From: Escherichia phage JK1
Direction: 5' to 3' (one strand)
Length of the DNA: 64,000 bases
Sequence record: MZ436830.1
The translations under genes and the position numbers were made by a program. Position 1 is the first letter of the stretch; each line of letters begins with the position of its first letter. The notes beneath the pieces are model-generated. The model was not told the DNA's origin. It saw nothing but the letters and a program-made list of their open reading frames with translations, and searched no databases. Shown here piece by piece: positions 37,466 to 47,273 of the stretch.

Positions 37466-37755
37466 TTGCTCACCATATTAATGTAAGTATATTCAATACA
37501 TTCAAGACCCAAAGGATTCTTGAAAATATCATATTCAAGAGGACCTTTTTCCGTTTCAATAAAGAAATCAAAATTTACTGTATTAAATTTACGGTCTTCC
37601 TTCACTAATTTAACCTGAGAAGATGAACGGTCAATGTAAACCTTTTCAACTTCAAAACATGTTAAAATGCCATAATCATCAATCAAGGCTTTAGCTGCTT
37701 CTTGATCATATTTATATCCATTTTCAATGGATGATACTTTAGCATAAAGAATCAT
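37462..37755 (-). CDS. Hypothetical protein
   Basis: 97 aa; 4-nt overlap coupling. Confidence 0.5.
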   Translation of the reverse strand: MILYAKVSSIENGYKYDQEAAKALIDDYGILTCFEVEKVYIDRSSSQVKLVKEDRKFNTVNFDFFIETEKGPLEYDIFKNPLGLECIEYTYINMVSK

Positions 37756-37757
37756 TA

Positions 37758-38168
37758 TCAGCCTCTATCAACGATAGCATGAGTATGGGCATTTACGATT
37801 TGCCACCAGTCGAAACGATTGGAACCATAATCTGGTTTATTTTCATTTTCTTTAATGATATCACGCAGTTTATCTTCTGTTTCAGCATACGCAATTAAAT
37901 CATCATATCCGCCACAAGGATAATAATTATCACCTGCGAATAAAAGAAAATTTACCTTAGATGGATTTACGTAATAATGGTCTTTAGGATATTTAGTTCC
38001 TCTCCAATCAGTTACTTCAACATAACGGTAAGAAAATCCATTTTTACTTTCAATCCAACTCCACGCTTCAAAAGGAGTATTAAAAACTTTATCAGGTATT
38101 AAATTACCTTCAAAATGAGAAGGATTTGCATAATCCCCGGCATAAACATAATATTCGTTAATACTCAT
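37758..38168 (-). CDS. Hypothetical protein
   Basis: 136 aa, Tyr/Trp-rich. Confidence 0.5.
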   Translation of the reverse strand: MSINEYYVYAGDYANPSHFEGNLIPDKVFNTPFEAWSWIESKNGFSYRYVEVTDWRGTKYPKDHYYVNPSKVNFLLFAGDNYYPCGGYDDLIAYAETEDKLRDIIKENENKPDYGSNRFDWWQIVNAHTHAIVDRG

Positions 38169-38354
38169 CTATTCACCTTTAGAAATTTTATCCATAACGA
38201 TAGCGATTAAACCAATTAAAAATGCTACTACAAGTGAAAACACATTTTCTGCTGTAGTCAATAATCCACATATAAATCCAACAAACATTGAAAAACTAAA
38301 AGCGGAAGCAGAAATTGCAATAGCAACATTTCGAATTAATTCACAACGTTTCAT
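38169..38354 (-). CDS. Small membrane protein
   Basis: 61 aa; ISASAFSFSMFVGFICGLL and LVVAFLIGLIAIV hydrophobic segments. Confidence 0.45.
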   Translation of the reverse strand: MKRCELIRNVAIAISASAFSFSMFVGFICGLLTTAENVFSLVVAFLIGLIAIVMDKISKGE

Positions 38355-38382
38355 TTTATTCTCCTCGGTAGTTGATAGGGTA

Positions 38383-38412
38383 ATAGTATCACTACCCTAT
38401 CTAAAAGTAAAC
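38383..38412 (-). promoter_or_regulatory. Early promoter (GTTTAC-N18-TACTAT), copy of the module at 38683-38712
   Basis: Plus gtaaac 38407-38412, atagta 38383-38388; 24-nt ttgatagggtaatagtatcactac identical to 38672-38695. Confidence 0.5.
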
Positions 38413-38646
38413 TTATTTTTTACGAAAAATTGATTTATATTTATCAGCCCATTTCTCAATGACTTTTGCCGGGCCATAGATAACAAAGTAATCGCCAAAC
38501 TCTTCACCACCGAGTTGACCGAAATCATCTAATGCATCACGAAGAACTCCATGAGGCATTTCACCCATTTTATCTTTCTTGCCAGTGTAAATAAACTCAA
38601 CTTTTACATCAGCAGTTTCAGCAATAAATTCTTGATACGTTTTCAT
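38413..38646 (-). CDS. Internal protein with canonical CTS (IPI-like by position, just upstream of 57B)
   Basis: 77 aa from MKTYQEFIAE (exact T4 CTS decapeptide); GGAGAA ribosome-binding site; ORF track extends 6 codons upstream. Confidence 0.65.
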   Translation of the reverse strand: MKTYQEFIAETADVKVEFIYTGKKDKMGEMPHGVLRDALDDFGQLGGEEFGDYFVIYGPAKVIEKWADKYKSIFRKK

Positions 38647-38682
38647 TTTGTTCTCCAATTTCACATTTGTTTTGATAGGGTA

Positions 38683-38712
38683 ATAGTATCACTACTAAAA
38701 CCCCATGTAAAC
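38683..38712 (-). promoter_or_regulatory. Early promoter (GTTTAC-N18-TACTAT) for the internal-protein-like gene
   Basis: Plus gtaaac 38707-38712, atagta 38683-38688. Confidence 0.5.
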
Positions 38713-38724
38713 AACTTTGTGAAA

Positions 38725-39421
<697 letters not shown>

Positions 39422-39422
<1 letters not shown>

Positions 39423-40147
39423 TATAGTACCTTTAGTGTATTTTTAATTTTAGAAAAAAGTTCTTCAAGAGAACCATCGTTTGTAATTACTAAATCGCCA
39501 TCACGAATTGGCAATCCAGCTTCTGTAATATGTGTATCATTGGATTTTTGACCAGGACGAACTACATGAATTACTGTAGCACCCATCGCCCTAGCCGCAT
39601 CCATTTCATGATCTTGACGAGTATCAGGAACGATATAATAATCATAACCTGAGTTAAATTTATCAAGATAATCTAAAGCAAATAATTTTACCCAATACAT
39701 GCGGTCGAAGTTATTAACAATCAAATCCGTACCTAGGGCTTGCATCAGACGACGGACTGACCATTGATCTTCAATATTATTTATAACGTCAATAATCTTG
39801 TTAAATGCTACGGAATTAACTGATTCTTGTCCTTCGTCATCAAAAACAAACACACCCTTAATTGGGCTTTTACCATTAAGATAGCAAAATGCTTGTTCCA
39901 TAATCGTGATTACTTCTGATTTAGTCAGATTTAAATTAGTCTCACGATCATAGTCAATTCCTTCAAACTCTTTACGAGTTAAGCAAGGATAGTCAGTGTT
40001 TGCTGCAAATACTCCCCATGCATAAGCCAATGCATCCTTAATAGGACCAGCAAGTTGGTATTTAACTGCAGAATAATTGCTCATGATAAAATCAGCAGTA
40101 GTATCTTTTCCACTACGCTTTACACCGCTTAAAAAGATTAGTTTCAT
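39422..40147 (-). CDS. 1: Deoxynucleoside monophosphate kinase (gene 1)
   Basis: 241 aa from MKLIFLSGVKRSGKDT (P-loop); GAGGAG ribosome-binding site; ORF track extends 13 codons upstream. Confidence 0.85.
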
Positions 40148-40196
40148 GTGTTTCTCCTCAAATTTAATTAAGATTATAACACACAAAACTGAAGCA

Positions 40197-40727
40197 TTAA
40201 ACTTCTGCTATAATTTTTCCATCTTTTTCTACTTGAAAATATGTGTAAGGAATCGTTGCAGTACATACTAAAGCCGGGTCTGAATCTTCTGTGTAGCTAA
40301 ATTCTACTTCAGATAGGTCAGAAACCCAAGGCTTATAAAAATTTATTGACATCACGATTTCAGTTTTGCTATTATCTAAGATGTAAAGCGTAATGTACTC
40401 AGGACCTGTTTTTTGAGCAGTATTTTCACCTGTAAGATAGTTGCTAGTTCCTAGCATCCATTCATACATTCCTATCCATGATTTAAGTTCTTCATCAACT
40501 ATAAATCTCACAATGAGTGGATCATACTCGAATGTAACACCTGGACGTTGTGCTCGGCCCAGTCCAAACGGCCCAGTCACGGTATCAGTAACAGGTATTC
40601 TAATTCCTGGAATAGGAACTGACTGAGCATTTAAAGTAAAAGCAGATGTAGTATTACTATGTGGTATTGATAATACAAAGTTAGTTGTATTTGCTTGGTT
40701 AAAAATTTGTTGCAGAGCTTGCGACAT
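40197..40727 (-). CDS. 3: Tail completion / sheath stabiliser gp3
   Basis: 176 aa from internal Met MSQALQQ with GAGGAA ribosome-binding site; position between genes 1 and 2. Confidence 0.7.
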   Translation of the reverse strand: MSQALQQIFNQANTTNFVLSIPHSNTTSAFTLNAQSVPIPGIRIPVTDTVTGPFGLGRAQRPGVTFEYDPLIVRFIVDEELKSWIGMYEWMLGTSNYLTGENTAQKTGPEYITLYILDNSKTEIVMSINFYKPWVSDLSEVEFSYTEDSDPALVCTATIPYTYFQVEKDGKIIAEV

Positions 40728-40833
40728 ATATTCCTCATAATGCTTTATAACTGTTGGTGGTATAATGGGTCTAAGTCCCTTCCATTCAATTCCATTTAGA
40801 ACAAACAACAGAAAAGAATGGAAGATAATAGAA

Positions 40834-41658
40834 TTAGATATTTGACCAGACTTTGTTTGCAGAGAAACGTTTTCCTTTTGAAACGAACTGCTGAAGTGGC
40901 ATCAACACAACGTTCGCCCAGTCTTTCGGGGCGATTTCAACAAGGCTACCCATAATATTACCAGGTATATATGCCTTAATCATTTGGTCTGCACCCCTAA
41001 ATCCTTTCACTTGACTCCAATCAATTTTTAATTTCGTTTTATTAGTAATAGTAGGTGTATTTGCATATTGCTTTAAAAGCTCTTCTAGGAATTGCTGACG
41101 AGCTTTAGGTGGAATATAGTGCAAGTTTAATCCGTACATTAAATTATGCTTACCTAAACCAAGGTAAATTATCAAAGGAAATTTATCCCAGTAAGGAAGA
41201 GTTTCCTTGTGTTTAGCATCATAAGCAAAAGCATATATTCGTCCCGGCTGCGGGCGAACAACTTTATGTCCTTTTACTTGCTTAATAGTTTCAGCAAACC
41301 ACTTTCTGGTTTTATTATTAATTGCTGCACCTTCATTACGAATTTTATCGCGCAATGTTTGTCTGAATGAATTTATCATAAGCAGTTGTCTTTCTTGCTT
41401 ATTGAGCTTATTCATTGGTTTTGATTCAAGCTTTTGAATCTTTTCAGCTGTTTTAATTCCTGAAGCATATTTTGACATTGCCGAAGTAAACGTAGAGTAT
41501 TTGATTCCTCTTTCTTCAGCAAATTGCTTTCCTGTCATTCCTTTTGCTTTGGCCTTTTTATATTCAAGACCTATTTGAATCCATTTCTTTTCGTTTAATG
41601 ATTGCTTAACCTTTGGAACTTGGGGAGTGCTTTCATTAATTATTTGAAAAATAGCCAT
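40834..41658 (-). CDS. 2: DNA end-protector protein gp2
   Basis: 274 aa, basic; size and position as T4 gp2. Confidence 0.75.
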
Positions 41659-42110
41659 TATGCCCCCTTAAAGCCAAGAGCTCGTAATCCATCTTCTGTT
41701 AGAATTCTAAATTTTATTCCACGCTTTTCAGCTAAAGCTTGCGCTGCTTTCCATTTGTCGGTATTAACGGAATATGTATAAATTTCATTCATAAATCTTT
41801 TCTTCGCTGCAGTTGTTAGATGTGCTGGTTTAACCGGTGGTTGTGTTTCTTTTTTAGGTTTTATTTCAATAAAAAATTCTTGCCCAGAAGAATCTTTCAT
41901 CCAAATATCCATGAAGTATCTACGTTTTTTCCCTTCTGCATTACAAAAATAAGGAATTACTGCTGTTTCACTACCCCATGCAATAATTTCTGGATTTTTA
42001 TCTAACCATTCAAAAAAGAATTTTTCCCAATTTGATCTATACGTAATTTTTTTAGGGTCACCTCTATACTTTGATATATTTTTAGGAACCCATTTTCCAG
42101 AATATGCCAT
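41658..42110 (-). CDS. 4: Head completion protein gp4
   Basis: 150 aa; divergent from gene 53 across a late-promoter region. Confidence 0.7.
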
Positions 42111-42121
42111 TGGATTCTCCT

Positions 42122-42129
42122 TATAAATA
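42122..42129 (+). promoter_or_regulatory. Late promoter TATAAATA for gene 53
   Basis: tataaata at 42122-42129, 29 nt before the ATG. Confidence 0.55.
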
Positions 42130-42136
42130 GATAATA

Positions 42137-42144
42137 TATTTATA
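42137..42144 (-). promoter_or_regulatory. Late promoter TATAAATA for gene 4 (divergent)
   Basis: Plus tatttata at 42137-42144. Confidence 0.45.
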
Positions 42145-42157
42145 AACAGGAGGGCCC

Positions 42158-42748
42158 ATGCTCTTTACATTTTTTGATCCGATTGAATATGCGGCCAAAA
42201 CGGTGAATAAAAACGCGCCGACTATTCCTATGACAGATATTTTTAGAAACTATAAAGACTATTTCAAACGTGCTCTTGCGGGATACCGCTTACGTACTTA
42301 TTATATTAAAGGTTCACCACGCCCGGAAGAATTAGCAAATACTATATATGGAAATCCACAGTTGTATTGGGTTTTATTGATGTGTAATGATAATTATGAT
42401 CCATATTATGGATGGATTACTTCACAAGAAGCTGCTTATCAAGCATCTATACAAAAATACAAAAATGTGGGTGGAGATCAGATAGTATATCATGTGAATG
42501 AGAACGGTGAAAAATTTTATAATTTAATATCATACGATGATAATCCATATGTTTGGTATGATAAAGGCGATAAAGCTAGAAAATATCCTCAATATGAAGG
42601 AGCACTTGCTGCGGTCGATACGTATGAAGCTGCTGTTCTTGAAAATGAAAAACTTCGTCAAATAAAAATAATAGCAAAATCAGACATCAATTCATTTATG
42701 AACGACCTTATACGTATAATGGAGAAATCTTATGGAAATGATAAGTAA
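42158..42748 (+). CDS. 53: Baseplate wedge protein gp53
   Basis: 196 aa; first gene of the plus-strand baseplate operon. Confidence 0.8.
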   Translation: MLFTFFDPIEYAAKTVNKNAPTIPMTDIFRNYKDYFKRALAGYRLRTYYIKGSPRPEELANTIYGNPQLYWVLLMCNDNYDPYYGWITSQEAAYQASIQKYKNVGGDQIVYHVNENGEKFYNLISYDDNPYVWYDKGDKARKYPQYEGALAAVDTYEAAVLENEKLRQIKIIAKSDINSFMNDLIRIMEKSYGNDK

Positions 42749-44459
42749 TAACCTTAATTGGTTTGTTGGTGTTGTTGAAGATAGAATGGACCCATTAAAA
42801 TTAGGTCGTGTTCGTGTTCGTGTGGTTGGTCTGCATCCACCACAAAGAGCGCAAGGTGATGTAATGGGTATTCCAACTGAAAAATTACCATGGATGTCAG
42901 TTATTCAACCTATAACTTCTGCAGCAATGTCTGGAATTGGAGGTTCTGTTACTGGACCGGTAGAAGGAACTAGAGTTTATGGTCATTTTTTAGACAAATG
43001 GAAAACTAACGGAATTGTCCTTGGCACGTATGGTGGAATAGTTCGCGAAAAACCGAATAGACTTGAAGGATTTTCTGACCCAACTGGGCAATATCCTAGA
43101 CGTTTAGGAAATGATACTAACGTACTAAACCAAGGCGGTGATGTAGGATATGATTCCTCTTCTAATGTTATTCAAGATAGTAACTTAGACACTGCAATAA
43201 ATCCTGATGATAGACCACTATCAGAGATTCCAACTGATGATAATCCAAACATGTCAATGGCTGAAATGCTTCGCCGTGATGAAGGATTAAGACTAAAAGT
43301 TTATTGGGATACTGAAGGATATCCGACAATTGGTATTGGTCATCTTATCATGAAGCAGCCAGTTCGTGATATGGCTCAAATTAATAAAGTTTTATCAAAA
43401 CAAGTTGGTCGTGAAATTACAGGAAATCCAGGTTCTATTACAATGGAAGAAGCGACGACTTTATTTGAGCGTGATTTGGCTGATATGCAACGTGACATTA
43501 AATCACATTCTAAAGTAGGACCAGTCTGGCAAGCTGTCAACCGTTCTCGCCAAATGGCATTAGAAAATATGGCATTTCAGATGGGTGTTGGCGGTGTAGC
43601 TAAATTTAACACAATGTTAACTGCTATGTTAGCAGGAGATTGGGAAAAAGCATATAAAGCCGGTCGTGATTCATTGTGGTATCAACAAACAAAAGGCCGT
43701 GCATCCCGTGTTACCATGATTATTCTTACGGGGAATTTGGAATCATATGGTGTTGAAGTGAAAACTCCAGCTAGGTCTTTATCGGCAATGGCTGCGACTG
43801 TAGCTAAATCTTCTGACCCTGCTGACCCTCCTATTCCAAATGACTCGAGAATTTTATTCAAAGAACCAGTTTCTTCATATAAAGGCGAATATCCTTATGT
43901 GCATACAATGGAAACTGAAAGCGGACATATTCAGGAATTTGATGATACCCCTGGGCAAGAACGATACAGATTAGTTCATCCAACTGGAACTTATGAAGAA
44001 GTATCACCGTCAGGAAGAAGAACAAGAAAAACTGTTGATAATTTGTATGATATAACCAACGCTGATGGTAATTTTTTGGTAGCCGGTGATAAAAAGACTA
44101 ACGTCGGTGGTTCAGAAATTTATTACAACATGGATAATCGTCTTCACCAAATAGATGGAAGCAATACAATATTTGTACGTGGCGATGAAACTAAGACGGT
44201 TGAAGGTAATGGAACTATCCTAGTTAAAGGTAATGTTACTATTGTAGTTGAAGGTAATGCTGACATTACAGTTAAAGGAGATGCTACCACTTTAGTTGAA
44301 GGAAATCAGACTAATACAGTAAATGGAAATCTTTCTTGGAAAGTTGCTGGGACAGTTGATTGGGACGTTGGTGGTGATTGGACAGAAAAAATGGCATCTA
44401 TGAGTTCTATTTCATCTGGTCAATACACAATTGATGGATCGAGGATTGACATTGGCTAA
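42732..44459 (+). CDS. 5: Baseplate hub / cell-puncturing protein gp5 with lysozyme domain
   Basis: 575 aa; internal lysozyme domain MAEMLRRDEGLRLKVYWDTEGYPTIGIGHL (paralog of e); C-terminal VEGN-type beta-helix repeats. Confidence 0.9.
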   Translation: MEMISNNLNWFVGVVEDRMDPLKLGRVRVRVVGLHPPQRAQGDVMGIPTEKLPWMSVIQPITSAAMSGIGGSVTGPVEGTRVYGHFLDKWKTNGIVLGTYGGIVREKPNRLEGFSDPTGQYPRRLGNDTNVLNQGGDVGYDSSSNVIQDSNLDTAINPDDRPLSEIPTDDNPNMSMAEMLRRDEGLRLKVYWDTEGYPTIGIGHLIMKQPVRDMAQINKVLSKQVGREITGNPGSITMEEATTLFERDLADMQRDIKSHSKVGPVWQAVNRSRQMALENMAFQMGVGGVAKFNTMLTAMLAGDWEKAYKAGRDSLWYQQTKGRASRVTMIILTGNLESYGVEVKTPARSLSAMAATVAKSSDPADPPIPNDSRILFKEPVSSYKGEYPYVHTMETESGHIQEFDDTPGQERYRLVHPTGTYEEVSPSGRRTRKTVDNLYDITNADGNFLVAGDKKTNVGGSEIYYNMDNRLHQIDGSNTIFVRGDETKTVEGNGTILVKGNVTIVVEGNADITVKGDATTLVEGNQTNTVNGNLSWKVAGTVDWDVGGDWTEKMASMSSISSGQYTIDGSRIDIG

Positions 44460-44988
44460 TATACTTCCAATGAGCGCTGATTTAGGAGAATCCATGGAAG
44501 GTTCTTCTATCGACGTCACCTTTACCGCTCAATTAGAAACAGGTGAAACGTTAGTATCTATAAATATAACTAGTTACGAAGAAACTCCTGGGGTTTTAGT
44601 AGAAGAAAATCGCTTATATGGAACATATGAATCTGTATTTGGTTTCGGAAATGACGCGTTGAAATATCGTTTAGGCGATGAATTTAAAACTGCTGCTTCA
44701 TGGGAAGAACTTCCTACTGATTCTGATACTCAGTTGTATTTGTGGAAAGCTCCTCAGAATCTCCAGAAGACATTCACTTACGAAGTAACATTAATATATG
44801 ACTACCAAGAACAAAGTGAATCTGGAGGTTCTGGCAGTAATTCTAGGTCATCTTCTGATACTACTGAACCGACAGATCCTCCTGCTCCAGTAAGAAAAAC
44901 TCTCGTTAAAAATTATACTAAAACTATAGTTGGAAATTGGAGTCGTTGGGCTAATAAATTGAGAAGCTATGTGTATGAGAGGCCATAA
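44431..44988 (+). CDS. gp5.1-like protein
   Basis: 185 aa; start overlaps the gene 5 end (alternative start MSADLGE near 44470). Confidence 0.5.
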
Positions 44989-45282
44989 ATGTCAGGATTA
45001 AGTTATGATAAGTGTGTTACTGCTGGCCATGAAGCGTGGCCTCCAACAGTTGTGAATGCTACACAAAGTAAAGTATTCACTGGAGGAATTGCTGTTCTCG
45101 TAGCAGGTGATCCAATTACAGAACATACAGAAATTAAAAAGCCATATGAAACACATGGCGGAGTGACACAACCCAGAACTTCTAAGGTATATGTCACTGG
45201 AAAGAAAGCTGTTCAAATGGCTGATCCAATATCATGCGGTGATACTGTGGCTCAGGCATCATCTAAAGTATTCATTAAATAG
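44989..45282 (+). CDS. 5.4: PAAR-repeat spike-tip protein gp5.4
   Basis: 97 aa; position immediately before gene 6. Confidence 0.7.
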
Positions 45283-45290
45283 GATTTAAA

Positions 45291-47273
45291 ATGGCAAATA
45301 CCCCTGTAAATTATCAATTAACAAGAACAGCAAATGCTATTCCCGAGATATTCGTCGGGGGTACGTTTGCTGAAATAAAACAAAACCTCATTGAATGGCT
45401 TAATGGCCAAAATGAATTTTTGGATTATGATTTTGAAGGCTCAAGATTAAACGTTCTGTGTGACCTTTTGGCTTATAATACATTGTACATTCAACAATTT
45501 GGTAATGCTGCTGTGTATGAAAGCTTTATGCGTACTGCTAACTTACGAAGCTCAGTTGTTCAAGCTGCGCAAGATAACGGATATTTACCTACTTCAAAAT
45601 CCGCTGCGCAGACCGAAATTATGTTAACATGCACCGACGCATTGAATAGGAATTACATTACAATTCCTCGCGGAACTCGCTTTTTAGCATATGCAAAAGA
45701 TACTTCTGTTAATCCATATAACTTCGTTTCTACCGAAGACGTTATTGCTATTCGTGATAAAAATAACCAATATTTTCCGCGTTTAAAATTGGCCCAGGGA
45801 CGTATAGTAAGAACTGAAATCATTTATGATAAATTAACACCTATTATCATTTATGATAAAAATATTGATAGAAACCAGGTTAAATTATATGTTGATGGAG
45901 CGGAATGGATTAACTGGACAAGAAAGTCAATGGTTCATGCTGGTTCAACATCAACGATTTATTATATGCGTGAAACTATTGATGGAAACACTGAATTCTA
46001 TTTTGGTGAAGGTGAAATTTCTGTTAATGCTTCTGAAGGAGCTTTGACCGCTAATTATATCGGAGGTCTTAAACCTACTCAGAACTCTACGATTGTTATT
46101 GAGTACATCAGTACTAATGGCGCTGACGCGAACGGAGCAGTCGGATTTTCATACGCAGATACATTAACAAATATAACTGTCATCAATATTAATGAAAATC
46201 CAAACGATGACCCAGATTTTGTTGGGGCAGATGGCGGCGGCGATCCAGAAGATATTGAACGTATTCGCGAATTGGGTACTATTAAACGCGAAACCCAGCA
46301 ACGCTGCGTAACTGCAACTGACTATGATACATTCGTTTCAGAGAGATTTGGTTCTATTATTCAAGCAGTTCAGACTTTCACTGATTCTACTAAACCTGGG
46401 TATGCATTTATTGCTGCTAAACCTAAATCAGGACTGTATTTAACTACTGTACAGCGCGAAGATATTAAAAATTATCTCAAAGACTATAATTTAGCTCCTA
46501 TTACGCCATCAATTATTTCTCCTAATTATCTTTTTATTAAGACTAATTTAAAAGTCACATATGCTTTAAATAAACTGCAAGAATCCGAACAGTGGCTTGA
46601 AGGTCAAATAATTGATAAAATTGATCGCTATTATACCGAAGATGTAGAAATTTTTAACTCGTCTTTCGCTAAATCTAAGATGTTGACATATGTAGATGAT
46701 GCAGATCATTCTGTCATTGGTTCATCAGCGACTATTCAAATGGTTCGTGAAGTACAAAACTTCTATAAAACGCCTGAAGCAGGTATTAAATACAATAATC
46801 AAATAAAAGATCGTTCTATGGAATCTAATACGTTTTCATTTAATTCTGGACGAAAGGTTATAAATCCTGATACTGGTTTAGAAGAAGATGTATTATATGA
46901 CGTTCGCATAGTATCAACAGACCGAGATTCTAAAGGAATTGGTAAAGTTATTATTGGTCCATTTGCTTCTGGCGATGTTACAGAAAATGAAAACATTCAG
47001 CCGTATACAGGCAACGATTTTAACAAATTAGCAAATTCTGATGGACGCGACAAATACTATGTTATCGGTGAAATAAATTATCCAGCTGACATGATTTATT
47101 GGAATATCGCTAAAATTAATTTAACATCTGAAAAATTTGAAGTTCAGACTATTGAATTATATTCTGACCCAACTGATGATGTTATCTTTACTCGCGATGG
47201 TTCACTGATTGTATTTGAAAATGACTTACGTCCACAATACTTAACTATCGATTTGGAGCCTATATCACAATGA
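45291..47273 (+). CDS. 6: Baseplate wedge protein gp6
   Basis: 660 aa, size and order as T4. Confidence 0.85.
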   Translation: MANTPVNYQLTRTANAIPEIFVGGTFAEIKQNLIEWLNGQNEFLDYDFEGSRLNVLCDLLAYNTLYIQQFGNAAVYESFMRTANLRSSVVQAAQDNGYLPTSKSAAQTEIMLTCTDALNRNYITIPRGTRFLAYAKDTSVNPYNFVSTEDVIAIRDKNNQYFPRLKLAQGRIVRTEIIYDKLTPIIIYDKNIDRNQVKLYVDGAEWINWTRKSMVHAGSTSTIYYMRETIDGNTEFYFGEGEISVNASEGALTANYIGGLKPTQNSTIVIEYISTNGADANGAVGFSYADTLTNITVININENPNDDPDFVGADGGGDPEDIERIRELGTIKRETQQRCVTATDYDTFVSERFGSIIQAVQTFTDSTKPGYAFIAAKPKSGLYLTTVQREDIKNYLKDYNLAPITPSIISPNYLFIKTNLKVTYALNKLQESEQWLEGQIIDKIDRYYTEDVEIFNSSFAKSKMLTYVDDADHSVIGSSATIQMVREVQNFYKTPEAGIKYNNQIKDRSMESNTFSFNSGRKVINPDTGLEEDVLYDVRIVSTDRDSKGIGKVIIGPFASGDVTENENIQPYTGNDFNKLANSDGRDKYYVIGEINYPADMIYWNIAKINLTSEKFEVQTIELYSDPTDDVIFTRDGSLIVFENDLRPQYLTIDLEPISQ

